From: a virus
Reading direction: 5' to 3' (one strand)
Length of the DNA: 64,000 bases
Virus record (IMG/VR): IMGVR_UViG_3300009094_001034
Span: 33,174-97,173 of that record
Shown here: positions 1-9,824 of the stretch, one piece after another
Position numbering within the stretch: the stretch's first letter is position 1
How the letters are laid out: the number at the start of each line of letters is the position of its first letter
Made by a program: the position numbers and the translations under genes
The notes under the pieces: model-generated
The model's input: only the letters and a program-made list of their open reading frames with translations
Databases searched by the model: none
What the model was told of the DNA's origin: nothing

Positions 1-887
1 TGTTCGTGCGTGGTGAGGTAGGCGTCCGCGACGGAGGTTGCGGCGCCTTGTGTATCGACGCGGCTGTCCGTCACGATCTCCGCGCGACGGCCGTACGCGA
101 GTTGTGAGGCAGAAGGTTCCGCTGGTCGTTCCAGCGCGATGGCCGCGAGGTCGGTGTCCGACATGTTCCAGAAGTACACCGCGTTCACCATGTCCGAGAT
201 GTCGTCGGTCTTCGAGACACTCTCGATCTCGCGCCCGAGCGTCAGGACGTGGCGCTCTCCCGAGTCGAAGTTGCGATAGCGAAACACGCCGCTTGGATCC
301 ACGAACCAATAGAAGTTCCCCGGCCCGATCTTCTTCACGCGCCGGATCGCATCCAGATACTTCTCCGAGCCGACTTCGATGGAGACCGTCTTCCCAGACG
401 TCTGCATCGTGTCGCTCTCGGCGTGGACGCGCGAGAAGGTTCCCATGTGCTGTGTTGCGCGATTCAGGATGTCGGTGAGGATCGTAGTGACGTCGGTCGT
501 CGTCCACGACTTCGCAGGCGCTGTCGCATCGTCCTTGTCCATGAAGAAGTCGCGGGCGAGCTGCGACGCGTACGGGGTCACGGAGACATCCACACGGTCT
601 CCCGCGCCCGCGCCGACGGTGCGGTGGATGCGTTCGATCCATCCGGCGTGAATCAGGACGCCTTCGGGCGCGTCGTCGTCGATGCAGTACGTCTTCACCT
701 CGAACCCGAGTTGGAGGCCGACGATCACATCGTCGAAGCCGGCTGCCAGTTGCAGCTCGAGCGGTCCGATCGATCCGTCGACCTCCATGGAGAACGACGG
801 CTGCGACAGGATCGCGGTGGCCGATTCCGCACCCCAGGTATCCACGTGGACGGCTCCGTTATAGACGCGGTACAGGTAACGCTTCAC
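1..887 (-). CDS. Tail tip / baseplate hub (Tal-like) protein, 3' end outside the window
   Basis: Not in the ORF track. Read manually from GTG at 887 (MKRYLYRVYNGAVHVDTWG...YWFVDPSGVFRY...LAYGRRAEIVTDSRV), open to the window edge; lies directly after the Dit-like gene. Confidence 0.65.
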   Translation of the reverse strand, partial: MKRYLYRVYNGAVHVDTWGAESATAILSQPSFSMEVDGSIGPLELQLAAGFDDVIVGLQLGFEVKTYCIDDDAPEGVLIHAGWIERIHRTVGAGAGDRVDVSVTPYASQLARDFFMDKDDATAPAKSWTTTDVTTILTDILNRATQHMGTFSRVHAESDTMQTSGKTVSIEVGSEKYLDAIRRVKKIGPGNFYWFVDPSGVFRYRNFDSGERHVLTLGREIESVSKTDDISDMVNAVYFWNMSDTDLAAIALERPAEPSASQLAYGRRAEIVTDSRVDTQGAATSVADAYLTTHE

Positions 888-890
888 GAG

Positions 891-3251
891 CTAGAGGTAG
901 GTGGGTTGGGTGGCATCGAGCACGGACCACGGCGTGCTCGTGTCCGACGTCGGATTGTTGCCTTCAAAGACCGCGTAACCGTAGTTGGATGACGTGCTCC
1001 ACGTACCGGAGCTCGCCGCGGACGTCTTGAGCGTGAGCTTCCCGCCGGACCCGGACCCATACGGGATGCGCCACGTCTGGAAGAGCGTCCCACCCGTGGA
1101 GGCTTCGAAGACGAGCGCGTACGTGGTCGACGCGGACACCGGGATGTCAGCGGCCCAAGGGATCTCGATGGGGGTGAGCGATCCGTTGTACCCCTCCGCC
1201 GCGGTGCCGGTGATGTAGGAGCGGATGTCTTCCTTCGCGATCGTTACCCGCGCATCGTTCCCGTTGATGTCGTCCACGATCGTCGATGTTGGGTTGCCGC
1301 CCGACGTCGTGCGGAGACTCACGATGAAGTCTCCCGTGGAGAGGGTTCCGTCCGACAGCAGCCCGGGAATGCGTGCAACGTAGATGAGCGTGCCGCGCTG
1401 CCGGATGTAGGTGTTCGCGCCCGAGGAGAACGTGAGCGCGGCGCGGATGCCGTCCGCGCCTCCCGTCCCGCCACCGACCGCCTGGTAGTCCGTGATGGAG
1501 TCAGTGTCGTAGAAGCTGTAGGCGCCGATGAACGACGCGGGCATGTAGACGGCTGCGGTCGCAACGCCGGACGTGAAGCGTGGGAAGCTGCCACGGGTCG
1601 CTCGCACGTCGTCGCCGGACACCGTGATCGTGCCGGAGTCGACGACGAGTTTCGTCGTGCTGTTCGGGTGCACGTCTGCGGTGAGGAGCGAGGACCGCCC
1701 CGTGGTCGCATCGATCACTTCGAGGTGCGCGCAGGAAAGTGCGGAGAGGTCCGACCAGAGACCCAAGTAGCCGGCGGCGGTGCGTGGCGTGGCCCCCGAT
1801 GCGAAGAGCGTCCAATCATCATCCGCGGTGCGCTTGTAGTAAGCGCGAAGCTGTGATCCGGTGAACCGGAGGCGGAGCCACACCCAGCCATCGAGATCCG
1901 TCACCGCGAGAGTCCGGTAGAAGCGGTCGTCATCGCGCACGGTGACGGCGTTCGGCGCGAGTTCCATGCGGACGTGCGCCGTGTCGGTGGGACTCGATGC
2001 GTTCACGCACCGAGCGATGATGCCGACGCTGCCGGAGCTCGGCTTCTTGAGATAGGCGATGATCTCGCCGTCGCGGACGGTCGTGTTGGTGACGATGGCG
2101 GTGGCATCCGTCGCCGCGGCGTTCGTTTGCTTGAACGCTTTCAGGTACGCATCGGACGCGGCGATGTCGAACGTCCCGTCCTGCAGCGTGTACACCGCTT
2201 GCGCTGCGGCGATGTTCGCGTAGGACGCGAACGTGTCGGTGAAGTGATCCGCGACGCAGATGCGCGCCGGGTTCATCGTGCCTCGGTTGATGTGAAGCTG
2301 GACACCCTGCGGTCCTGAGCCGGCGAGGTGGAGCGGCACGAACTGGTGTGCGAGCGTCGATGTTGGGAGTGTGCGGCGGGTCGTCGAGAGTGATGCTCCG
2401 GCGCCTTCGGCGCACGTGAGTGAGAGGTGGAAGCGGCACCATGTGTTGTGGAAGTGCTCGCGCGGAAGATCGAGCGGCGCGGAGATGGTCACGTCGTACG
2501 CGCGATCATCGGCCGTCGTGACGACGCGCAGGTCATCGAAGGTGACATCGACCGCGGTCGCGTTCGATCCCGTGACGGTGAGTGAGATCGAGGTGATGGA
2601 GGAGAGCGACGGTGCGCCCGTTGCAGTCATCGCGCTGATGACTGCCGAGAGATCGTTCGCGCCCGTGGTGAAACCCGAGCTCCACGTCTGCACGTAGGTG
2701 TTGCCAGGAGACGTCTGGAGCGTGAGCGCGATGGACGTGAGGAAGGATGCATTCGAGATGTACGCCCGGAGCTTCGCTGTGTCGGACGTGGCGAACGAGG
2801 AGAGGTCATGCGTTGCGGTCCACGTCGTGGTCTGCGCGCCGGTCCCTGTTGAAGCGGACACTTTGCGCCCGCGCGTGCCGTAGCTGTAGTTCGTCGCGTC
2901 GACGGACCCGCCGCTCCACGCCTCGCCCTCTTCGAAGGTCGCTGTGCGGCGTTCAAGCGTCCCGTAGTCCGTGATCACGAGCTGACCTTGTGAGACTGCG
3001 AAGAGCTGCTTGAAGGCGTCGAGCTTCTGTTCGAAGTCGGCCATCGATGTCCCAACAATGGCGCCGTCGAGTGTGATCGGTTTGCCTCGGAAGCGCTGCT
3101 GGTGAAAGGCCGTGCCGTCGCCTCGCGCGATGGGGGATGCGGCGTACTCCACCTCCGGTGAGCTGTCGTGCTGGATGCGCGACACGATGATGCCGCTCGT
3201 GCCGTCGAACGTGTTGATAATCGATCCGTTGTAAGAGTACGTGCGGCTCAT
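891..3251 (-). CDS. Distal tail (Dit-like) protein with inserted beta-rich/carbohydrate-binding-like domains
   Basis: Follows the tape measure gene; Dit-like N-terminus (IARGDG...FRGKPITLDG...KLDAFKQLF); S/T/G-rich beta-strand content; 786 aa. Confidence 0.65.
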   Translation of the reverse strand: MSRTYSYNGSIINTFDGTSGIIVSRIQHDSSPEVEYAASPIARGDGTAFHQQRFRGKPITLDGAIVGTSMADFEQKLDAFKQLFAVSQGQLVITDYGTLERRTATFEEGEAWSGGSVDATNYSYGTRGRKVSASTGTGAQTTTWTATHDLSSFATSDTAKLRAYISNASFLTSIALTLQTSPGNTYVQTWSSGFTTGANDLSAVISAMTATGAPSLSSITSISLTVTGSNATAVDVTFDDLRVVTTADDRAYDVTISAPLDLPREHFHNTWCRFHLSLTCAEGAGASLSTTRRTLPTSTLAHQFVPLHLAGSGPQGVQLHINRGTMNPARICVADHFTDTFASYANIAAAQAVYTLQDGTFDIAASDAYLKAFKQTNAAATDATAIVTNTTVRDGEIIAYLKKPSSGSVGIIARCVNASSPTDTAHVRMELAPNAVTVRDDDRFYRTLAVTDLDGWVWLRLRFTGSQLRAYYKRTADDDWTLFASGATPRTAAGYLGLWSDLSALSCAHLEVIDATTGRSSLLTADVHPNSTTKLVVDSGTITVSGDDVRATRGSFPRFTSGVATAAVYMPASFIGAYSFYDTDSITDYQAVGGGTGGADGIRAALTFSSGANTYIRQRGTLIYVARIPGLLSDGTLSTGDFIVSLRTTSGGNPTSTIVDDINGNDARVTIAKEDIRSYITGTAAEGYNGSLTPIEIPWAADIPVSASTTYALVFEASTGGTLFQTWRIPYGSGSGGKLTLKTSAASSGTWSTSSNYGYAVFEGNNPTSDTSTPWSVLDATQPTYL

Positions 3252-3260
3252 GGCGGGTGG

Positions 3261-6200
3261 TTAGGCGGGAAGTCCGGTGCGGACGCGGCGAAGTTCGTTG
3301 GCCAGCGCACGCGAGACACGCTCCTGGATCGCGTGGAGGTCGTGTTCCGAACGGATCACGGGGTTGTGGATGTTCACGATCGTCGTTCCACCGCCGTTTG
3401 CGCGATGGCGCGGATCATCGCGACGCAGCACCTCTTCGCCAGGCGTGAGCATCGCGGGAACCGTGTCTCGGTATCCGATGCCGGGGACGACCCCGCCGCG
3501 AGCAAAGTGGTTAAAGTCGAAGGTCTCCCGTGCCCACAGGTCGGCACCTTGCGCAGCGAGCTTCCACCCGCTACTACCCCAGTCGGCGCCCTTGATCTTG
3601 TCGATGAAGCCATTCGCGGCATTAACCGTTACCTCGCCAGCCTTGATCTGGACGTTCTGGGCTTCGGCTTGAATGACCTGGGCACGACCCCACGGCGTGC
3701 CCAGGACATTGCTGGCCCCATCTTCTGCAGCATTCATGTCGTCGAATGCCTTCTTCAAGTCGTTCAGGTCTTTGATGCGCTCGTTGTTCGGACCGAGGAG
3801 CGACACGAGCATCGAGCCAGCGCGCTGCCCCATGAAGTCGAAGGAGTCGGCGACCGTCCAATTGGATGACGCCATCTCGTTCAGGATGGCGATCTGGCTC
3901 TTCAACGGCTTCTCCATTCCCTCGAACCGGAGTTCCAGCTTGGAGATCGAATCCTTCAAGAACTCGGACGACTCGGTAGCGTTGTCTTGCTTCTCCTTGT
4001 AGGCATCCATCGTCTCGCTGGCGTCCTTGATCGCATCGTCGTAGCCGCGAACAACCGCTTTCTGGTCGTCTTGGGCCGATTCAAGCTCTCCCACCCTCGC
4101 AGCAAAGAGTCGGCCCTCAGCGCCGAGACCAGGCAGCCTGCCAAGGATTGCGGCGGCGGATTGTTCGGGTGCGGTGATTCCAGCCGCTTCGGCCGCTGCT
4201 CGCTGCGCCTTCTTGATCGCGAGGAGGTCGTCACCGTACGTGACATCACGCTCCAGTCCCTTCGCTTGGGCGGCGCGTCGGAGGGCATCCACGCGCTGCT
4301 TCCCCCCTGCCTCTCGCTCCTGAGCTGCGGCGAGCTGCGGCCCGAGCCGCTGGGCCTCGGCGATCGCGTCCTGCACGTTCATGGGTGTGCCGCCGGCCTT
4401 GAGGGCGTCGTCGATGCCGCGTCGTGCGGGATCGAAGGCGAGATCCTTTTCGAGGTTCACGATCGAGAACTCGCGCTGCAGTCCGGCGATGCGACGAGAG
4501 AGCGCGTTCTGTTCGAAGAGCTGGTGCGGCGCGAGCTTCAGCTTCTCAAGCTCGAACCGCTTCATCTGCTGCTGGATCTGGAACGCGCGATCGTTGTAGG
4601 CGCGTTCGCCCACGAGTTCCGCGCTCTTCAACTCCTGGAGCCGCGTCTTCAGCTCGGAGGCCGTGCCCGCGGAGTGCTTCAGTGAATCGCCGAACTTCGC
4701 GCCAGCCTCGGCGCTGCGGAGCAACTGCAGTTCCTCGCGCTTCGCCGCCATTTCGAGCCGGGCAACTTCGTCATCAAACGCATCCATGCCGGAGATGCGC
4801 GGATTCGCAAGTTGTTGGATCTCGTTGCGGACATCGCCAAGGTGCGCCTTCGTCGCCTGCAGCGCTGCCGTCGTTTCCTCGAGCTGATCCCTGAACGCAC
4901 CCTGCTGATCTTTCAGATCATCGACGTCTCCAGCTGCTGCCTTCGCGAGCGCGCCGTACGACCGCATCTCAGCGCTCGCGTGCGCCTGTTCGCGATCGAG
5001 GTCGACAAGCTGTTGCTGCATTTCCTGCGTCGCTCGGGCGTTCTCTTGCATGTTCCGGAGCGTCGATCCGATCTCCGATCCAACCGTCGATGCCGCGCGC
5101 CCGAGCGAGCCAGGGACCTGTCCGCCGAACCTCCCGATGGTGTCCGCTGCACCGATGCCGGCGTCGAAGGATTCCGGGGTCTGGTAAATATTCACGCCGC
5201 GCCGAGCAAGGGTCGCGAGCTCCGAGGCCTTCGGGGCGTTGATCGCGCTGAAGAAGCGGCGCTGGAAGGTCGCAGGGCGGTCCCCCGAGACGCCGAGCGC
5301 CTTGAGCCGGGCCAGCACCGCAATGTAGTCCTCATACGCAGTCCCAGAGGCTTTGGCTGTCGATCCCGCGTCCCGCAGCGCCACCTGCATCTCTTGGGCG
5401 GTGAGGCCCGTTTCGCGGAAGGCCACGGTGACGGCGTTTGCCATGCGCTCCGTCTCCGAGAGAGGAAGATTGAACTGGTCCATCGACTCGGCGACGGTGT
5501 CCGCAACGTCACCCAGATCCTGCATCGTCGCAGTGGCCGCAAGGAGGATCGGCGAGAGGTTCTCCTTGGTCATCTGCGCGACGTCGAAGCCGGAGTCGCG
5601 GAACTTCTCAATGGCGTTGATCGTCTCGTCGGCGTTGAAGATCGTGCCCTTCGAAGCGCCGAACGAGAGGTCCGAAAGGAATGCTCGCGCGCCGCCGAAG
5701 CCACCCTTGTGCTCCTGGATCGACATCGCGACCTGCGAGAGGTCCTTGTCGAAGGTCAGTCCTTCCGAAACGGTGTCCTTCAGGAGTTGCCAGCTCTTGT
5801 AGAGGATTGCGACGCCCCCGGCGACACGCGTGAGAGTGCCGAGCATGGACTCCTGCTTCGCTTCGGCGCCCTGCGAAGCCGTATTCACCTGATCAAGTGC
5901 GGTGCGGAAGTGCCCGAGCTCGTCCTTCGTCGCGCGATAGACCGACTGCAGTTCGCGAACGGTGGTGCCCTGCGTCTTCGCGGAAATCGCGAACGCATCG
6001 ACGCCGGTCTTCGCGTCGGACATCGCGGCGCGCACTTGAAGCGTGGCCTGCGCAAACTCCTTCCCGGTGACGCCGTTGGCACGCAGTTGCTGCTCGGCCA
6101 TCTTGAGCTGGTTCTGCATGGCCGTGAAGTTGCCCTTCAACTCCGCGGCGGACTTCGCGATCTCATCTTGGGAACCCTCGGCGGTCTTGAAGAGCTGGCG

Positions 6201-6278
6201 GAGGGTTTGGTTCAGCTTCTCAACCGCGGCGGTGTCTGCCGCGGTGCCGATCGTGATGGTCTTCTTGATCGCCGCCAT
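3261..6278 (-). CDS. Tail tape measure protein (TP901-like core)
   Basis: 1005 aa, Ala/Gln/Glu-rich helical protein; TP901-type core (LLAATATMQDLGDVAD...MDQFNL); C-terminal FARGGVVPG...DTVPAMLTPGEEVL motif. Confidence 0.93.
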   Translation of the reverse strand: MAAIKKTITIGTAADTAAVEKLNQTLRQLFKTAEGSQDEIAKSAAELKGNFTAMQNQLKMAEQQLRANGVTGKEFAQATLQVRAAMSDAKTGVDAFAISAKTQGTTVRELQSVYRATKDELGHFRTALDQVNTASQGAEAKQESMLGTLTRVAGGVAILYKSWQLLKDTVSEGLTFDKDLSQVAMSIQEHKGGFGGARAFLSDLSFGASKGTIFNADETINAIEKFRDSGFDVAQMTKENLSPILLAATATMQDLGDVADTVAESMDQFNLPLSETERMANAVTVAFRETGLTAQEMQVALRDAGSTAKASGTAYEDYIAVLARLKALGVSGDRPATFQRRFFSAINAPKASELATLARRGVNIYQTPESFDAGIGAADTIGRFGGQVPGSLGRAASTVGSEIGSTLRNMQENARATQEMQQQLVDLDREQAHASAEMRSYGALAKAAAGDVDDLKDQQGAFRDQLEETTAALQATKAHLGDVRNEIQQLANPRISGMDAFDDEVARLEMAAKREELQLLRSAEAGAKFGDSLKHSAGTASELKTRLQELKSAELVGERAYNDRAFQIQQQMKRFELEKLKLAPHQLFEQNALSRRIAGLQREFSIVNLEKDLAFDPARRGIDDALKAGGTPMNVQDAIAEAQRLGPQLAAAQEREAGGKQRVDALRRAAQAKGLERDVTYGDDLLAIKKAQRAAAEAAGITAPEQSAAAILGRLPGLGAEGRLFAARVGELESAQDDQKAVVRGYDDAIKDASETMDAYKEKQDNATESSEFLKDSISKLELRFEGMEKPLKSQIAILNEMASSNWTVADSFDFMGQRAGSMLVSLLGPNNERIKDLNDLKKAFDDMNAAEDGASNVLGTPWGRAQVIQAEAQNVQIKAGEVTVNAANGFIDKIKGADWGSSGWKLAAQGADLWARETFDFNHFARGGVVPGIGYRDTVPAMLTPGEEVLRRDDPRHRANGGGTTIVNIHNPVIRSEHDLHAIQERVSRALANELRRVRTGLPA

Positions 6279-6892
6279 CAGCCGAGGACGGTGGAAACGA
6301 CTCGCTCAAGGACCGACGTCATCACCTCCTCGGCGTCATCGAACACGGAGGCCGTGCTGCGCTCGAACCAGTGCTGCGCGGGAATGCCGCGCTGGTTTCC
6401 AGGTGCGCGCTTCGTGGAGTGCTCATACCCCAGTTCATCCACGGCATGGTTCTGCGTTCCGACTTCGGTGAACCAGGCGTAGTTGTAGCGTTCCTTCCCG
6501 CGTGCGTGGGCGAGGACGCGAGCGACCATCTGGCGCTTCTCGCGCTGGAGCTTGTCGGCGCGGATGCCGTAATCCCGCAGCAGTCCCGAATCCACCGGCG
6601 ATGCGGCGCGCGCGTTCTCCGCCGCATCGGCGGCAATCTCCTGCATGCGGTTGGCGAGCGCATCACCGACGACCGATCCTTCACTCACGTCGTCGATGGC
6701 GGCGTCGAGCCGATGCACCCGCACAATCAGGTCATCGAGCGATAGGGTGTCTGCGGTGAGGAACCCCATGCCCTGCGTCATCGTCTGGCGCAGTTGCATG
6801 AGCGACGCGCCGTAGCGCTGGAGCCCGCGGGCATCAGCGTCTGCGACCTCCACGGTCAGCTCTGCGTCGATGGCGTCGTAGATGGCCTGCAT
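6278..6892 (-). CDS. HK97 gp10-like tail completion protein
   Basis: ARAASPVDSGLLR, YAWFTEVGT and IPAQHWF resemble the gp10 APVDTGxLR...YxxFxExGT...PAxPF pattern. Confidence 0.65.
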   Translation of the reverse strand: MQAIYDAIDAELTVEVADADARGLQRYGASLMQLRQTMTQGMGFLTADTLSLDDLIVRVHRLDAAIDDVSEGSVVGDALANRMQEIAADAAENARAASPVDSGLLRDYGIRADKLQREKRQMVARVLAHARGKERYNYAWFTEVGTQNHAVDELGYEHSTKRAPGNQRGIPAQHWFERSTASVFDDAEEVMTSVLERVVSTVLG

Positions 6893-6906
6893 GAATGGGG
6901 ATGTGG

Positions 6907-7152
6907 CTATCGGGGGGAGCGGCGCGCGAGCGCTGCAAGTGCGGCAAGTGCGGCTTCTCGGGACGGCGGTGCGGTACCTTCACTCTGGGGCCGGTTCGCG
7001 CTCTCGGCAATCAGCACCGCTCGCAATGCGGCGACGACTTCGACGGGCAGCGCGAGCACGCCGGCGCCGTAGCGATCGACGAGTCGCGCCGCTTCCACGG
7101 CCGGGTGGTACGTGCCCTCCCGGACCGCGGCGTCGATCGCTAGTCTTTTGGG
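6907..7152 (-). CDS. Tail assembly chaperone C-terminal extension (gpGT-like), reached by -1 frameshift
   Basis: The -1 frame after the slippery CCCAAAA is open (PKRLAIDAAVREGTYHPAVEAARLVDRYG...) to the stop at 6907. Confidence 0.7.
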   Translation of the reverse strand, partial: PKRLAIDAAVREGTYHPAVEAARLVDRYGAGVLALPVEVVAALRAVLIAESANRPQSEGTAPPSREAALAALAALARRSPR

Positions 7153-7514
7153 TCCTCCGCGTTGCGAAGGGATGCGCTTACCGTGTCGTAGAGCGATGAG
7201 CAGGCCGTCACGAGTACCTTAACGTCGGTGATGGGCAGACGGTTGATCGTCGTCTCGTTCAGCGGCACATTCGAACCGTCCGGGTTCTTCCACGTCCACT
7301 CCTTCGGCACGGAGCGGAGGATGGCGGATTTCTTCGTCACACCGTAGCTGAACGGGATCTCCACGGTGCCATCGGCGCTGGGCCGGATCCCCAGGGAATC
7401 GAGCTTCTCCATGAGCGTCTGCTCCACGGCGACGTGGTCGAGATAGTCGACGCGGAGCGTGACGTCGATCTTCTGTGCGGGCAGGTGGACGGTGGTCTCG
7501 TTTACGGAGGCCAT
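7140..7514 (-). CDS. Tail assembly chaperone (gpG-like)
   Basis: Lies between the major tail protein and the tape measure region; WTWKNPDG..VPLNETTINRLP motif; ends GAC CCA AAA GAC TAG. Confidence 0.8.
   Translation of the reverse strand: MASVNETTVHLPAQKIDVTLRVDYLDHVAVEQTLMEKLDSLGIRPSADGTVEIPFSYGVTKKSAILRSVPKEWTWKNPDGSNVPLNETTINRLPITDVKVLVTACSSLYDTVSASLRNAEDPKD
7146..7152 (-). promoter_or_regulatory. -1 ribosomal frameshift slippery heptamer C CCA AAA
   Basis: X XXY YYZ heptamer in the correct phase, one codon before the chaperone stop codon. Confidence 0.75.
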
Positions 7515-7553
7515 GATGAGGAATGGGTGAATAGTGGATTGCGGGGGATGCCG

Positions 7554-8756
7554 TTAGGCGTACGTCGAGATCGCGTTCGTGATCAGCACCTTGATGTCGA
7601 AGCCGTCCGACGAGGAGTACTGCGCGCGGCCGCTGTGCTGCTCGCGCACGATGTCTGCGCCACCGAGCGGGGCACCGGAGGGGTCGAGGACGAGCTTCGG
7701 AATCTGGTAGCGCAGCGTGTCGCGCGAGGCCGTACCGATGAGGTTTCCAGTGGCGGTGATGTCGAGCGCGAGGCGCGTGCGCTGGCGCATCGCGTCGAGG
7801 TAGGCCACGTCCTTGTGGAGCCAGGACCAGGACGCGCTGGCGCTGTAGGAGGAGACGAGGATGTCCACGGGGTACCGGGAGAAGTCGGTCGTGCCGCCCG
7901 GCGCGTGCTCCGGCTCGAGCTTCTGGTTGAAGTTCAGGGTGAACTCGTTGAAGCGTGCGACCGCGGCCACGGTGCCGAGCGTGCCCCCGATGCTGGTGGT
8001 CGTTCCACCGATCCAGGGGATCTGCGGCGTCGAGCTGGAGTAGGACGGCGTGCGGTTCGAGAGCACGCAGTAGTCCCCCGCAGTCTTCGCGCTGGCGATC
8101 GCCAGGAATCCGATGCCCGTTCCGTTGGCGTTCACCGACGTGAGCGTGACCGTCTCCTCGTTGGCGGTACCGAAGCCGAGCTTGAACACATCGCCGACCA
8201 CGAGGCCGTAGTTCGTGTCGAGCACGGCCGTGGTGGCCCCGATGGAAAGGTTGGCCTGCAGGGTCGCCGTAACGAAGCTGTAGCGCGCCATGAGTTGCAA
8301 CTGCGCGTAATGCACATTCGACTTCTGATTCGCCGTGAGCCCGCCAAAGTGCGCGCCGACATAGCGGCGTGCGTACTTCGCATCTCCATTGCCGAGGTCG
8401 ACCGAGTACGTCGGGATGTTGCCGGAGTTGTTCGACGTCCACGCGTGCGTGTACGAGCTATCCGAGACAGACCCCGTCGTTGGAAGTCCGAACATCCCCG
8501 TGAGGAAGTAGCCGAACGTGCCGACTTGGATCGGCATGGTGATCGGACCCGAAGGCGCGGCGTTCTTGCCCGCGACCACGAAGTACTCCTCGGCGCGGCT
8601 GTCTGCGGCAACGGGAACAGTCTCGTTCTCGAACGGGGACGTCACTCCCTCGCTCTCGAGGTAGAAGAAATTGCCCGGGATGACGGCAGCGCCGGGAGTG
8701 GTCTCTTTGCCGATCGCGCCGTAGCCGCGCTTACCGGATGCGTAGAAGGTGCTCAT
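7554..8756 (-). CDS. Major tail tube protein
   Basis: N-terminal YGAIGKETTPG motif and YTHAWT...PTYSVD, typical of siphovirus tail tubes; gene position. Confidence 0.8.
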   Translation of the reverse strand: MSTFYASGKRGYGAIGKETTPGAAVIPGNFFYLESEGVTSPFENETVPVAADSRAEEYFVVAGKNAAPSGPITMPIQVGTFGYFLTGMFGLPTTGSVSDSSYTHAWTSNNSGNIPTYSVDLGNGDAKYARRYVGAHFGGLTANQKSNVHYAQLQLMARYSFVTATLQANLSIGATTAVLDTNYGLVVGDVFKLGFGTANEETVTLTSVNANGTGIGFLAIASAKTAGDYCVLSNRTPSYSSSTPQIPWIGGTTTSIGGTLGTVAAVARFNEFTLNFNQKLEPEHAPGGTTDFSRYPVDILVSSYSASASWSWLHKDVAYLDAMRQRTRLALDITATGNLIGTASRDTLRYQIPKLVLDPSGAPLGGADIVREQHSGRAQYSSSDGFDIKVLITNAISTYA

Positions 8757-8771
8757 GGTGTGGGCAGGGGA

Positions 8772-8960
8772 TTACGAGGACTTGCGGGGAGCGAGCTTGC
8801 GGGGTTCGGGTGACTCAACGCGCCGGAAGTTCACGCCGTCACAGAGGGCCGCGGCGACCTCCGGAGAGACCTCGCGCGTCTCGCCCGGCCCGACGAGTCC
8901 GACAAGAGAGTTGATGCGGCCGGTGCTGTTTGGGTTCTCGATCGTCACGGTCGTGGACAT
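8772..8960 (-). CDS. Small hypothetical virion-module protein (62 aa)
   Basis: ATG at 8960 after a C-rich leader; fills the gap in the operon. Confidence 0.55.
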   Translation of the reverse strand: MSTTVTIENPNSTGRINSLVGLVGPGETREVSPEVAAALCDGVNFRRVESPEPRKLAPRKSS

Positions 8961-8970
8961 GGGTAGGCGT

Positions 8971-9441
8971 TTAGGTTCGTGGGACGAAGTACTGCGCTTC
9001 ACAGACGATGGTGCCGACCATCAGCGGTGGGGTGCCGGTCGTGAGGAACGTGATGCTGTTCTCGACGATCCGGTTCAGCGCGCAGCCGTTTGCGAGCTGG
9101 CCTAGTTGAAGGTTCGCGTCTGCCCGCAGGGCCGTCAACGCGCACTCGTGCAATGTCACGAAGTCGTCGTACTGCGTCTGCGTATCGAGGTAGCGGTCGA
9201 AGATGAGGATGCGAGTCCGGACGCGCACCTCGTCGGCCCCTGTGACGCCGGCCTCCTCCAGGTTGTCCGGCGGCAGCGCCCGTGTCGTATCGAGCGACCA
9301 GAATGGATACTTGAGCGACGTGTCGGCGAGGTTCCTGCGTGGCCAGAGGTAGCCCGCGGCGAACAATCCCGCACTCGCACCGGTGATGGTGGTGAGCACA
9401 GCTCCGATGCCGTCTCGGTGAAGGCGAATCGGCGCGCTCAC
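8971..9441 (-). CDS. Putative tail terminator protein
   Basis: Position before the major tail gene; ALRADANL motif; 156 aa. Confidence 0.5.
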   Translation of the reverse strand: MSAPIRLHRDGIGAVLTTITGASAGLFAAGYLWPRRNLADTSLKYPFWSLDTTRALPPDNLEEAGVTGADEVRVRTRILIFDRYLDTQTQYDDFVTLHECALTALRADANLQLGQLANGCALNRIVENSITFLTTGTPPLMVGTIVCEAQYFVPRT

Positions 9442-9824
9442 GGCGTGGCGTTGGTAGTGTCGCGCCAGGTGTTGAGCGCGAGGAGTAACTGCGTGTCGAA
9501 GGCCCGAATCGCGGCGATCTGGTACACGACACCTGCGGCTGTGGTGATGAGGTCTGAAGTCTGGATCTGGGTCGGGACCGTGTACACCTTCGTGCGGCCT
9601 TCGAACGCGACATCTGCGGGTGCGTCGATGAGCATTTCCCCGACACCGGTCATGGGAGACACGAAGATTCGAAGGTCGGAGATGTGCGCGGCGGCAGGGA
9701 TCGATTGGCCGTTGCCGTTCTCGATGAGGCGGCGCACCGTCGCGGACTCACCGAGGGCGTCGATGATGGACGCGACGTCGGCGCGCATCGCCGCCAACTC
9801 CGCACTGGAAAGTTGCGACGGCAT
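9438..9824 (-). CDS. Head closure / head-tail joining protein
   Basis: Start reassigned to ATG 9824 (TGATG overlap); LGESATVRR...IQTSDLI...GVVYQI pattern of head-closure proteins. Confidence 0.6.
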   Translation of the reverse strand: MPSQLSSAELAAMRADVASIIDALGESATVRRLIENGNGQSIPAAAHISDLRIFVSPMTGVGEMLIDAPADVAFEGRTKVYTVPTQIQTSDLITTAAGVVYQIAAIRAFDTQLLLALNTWRDTTNATP

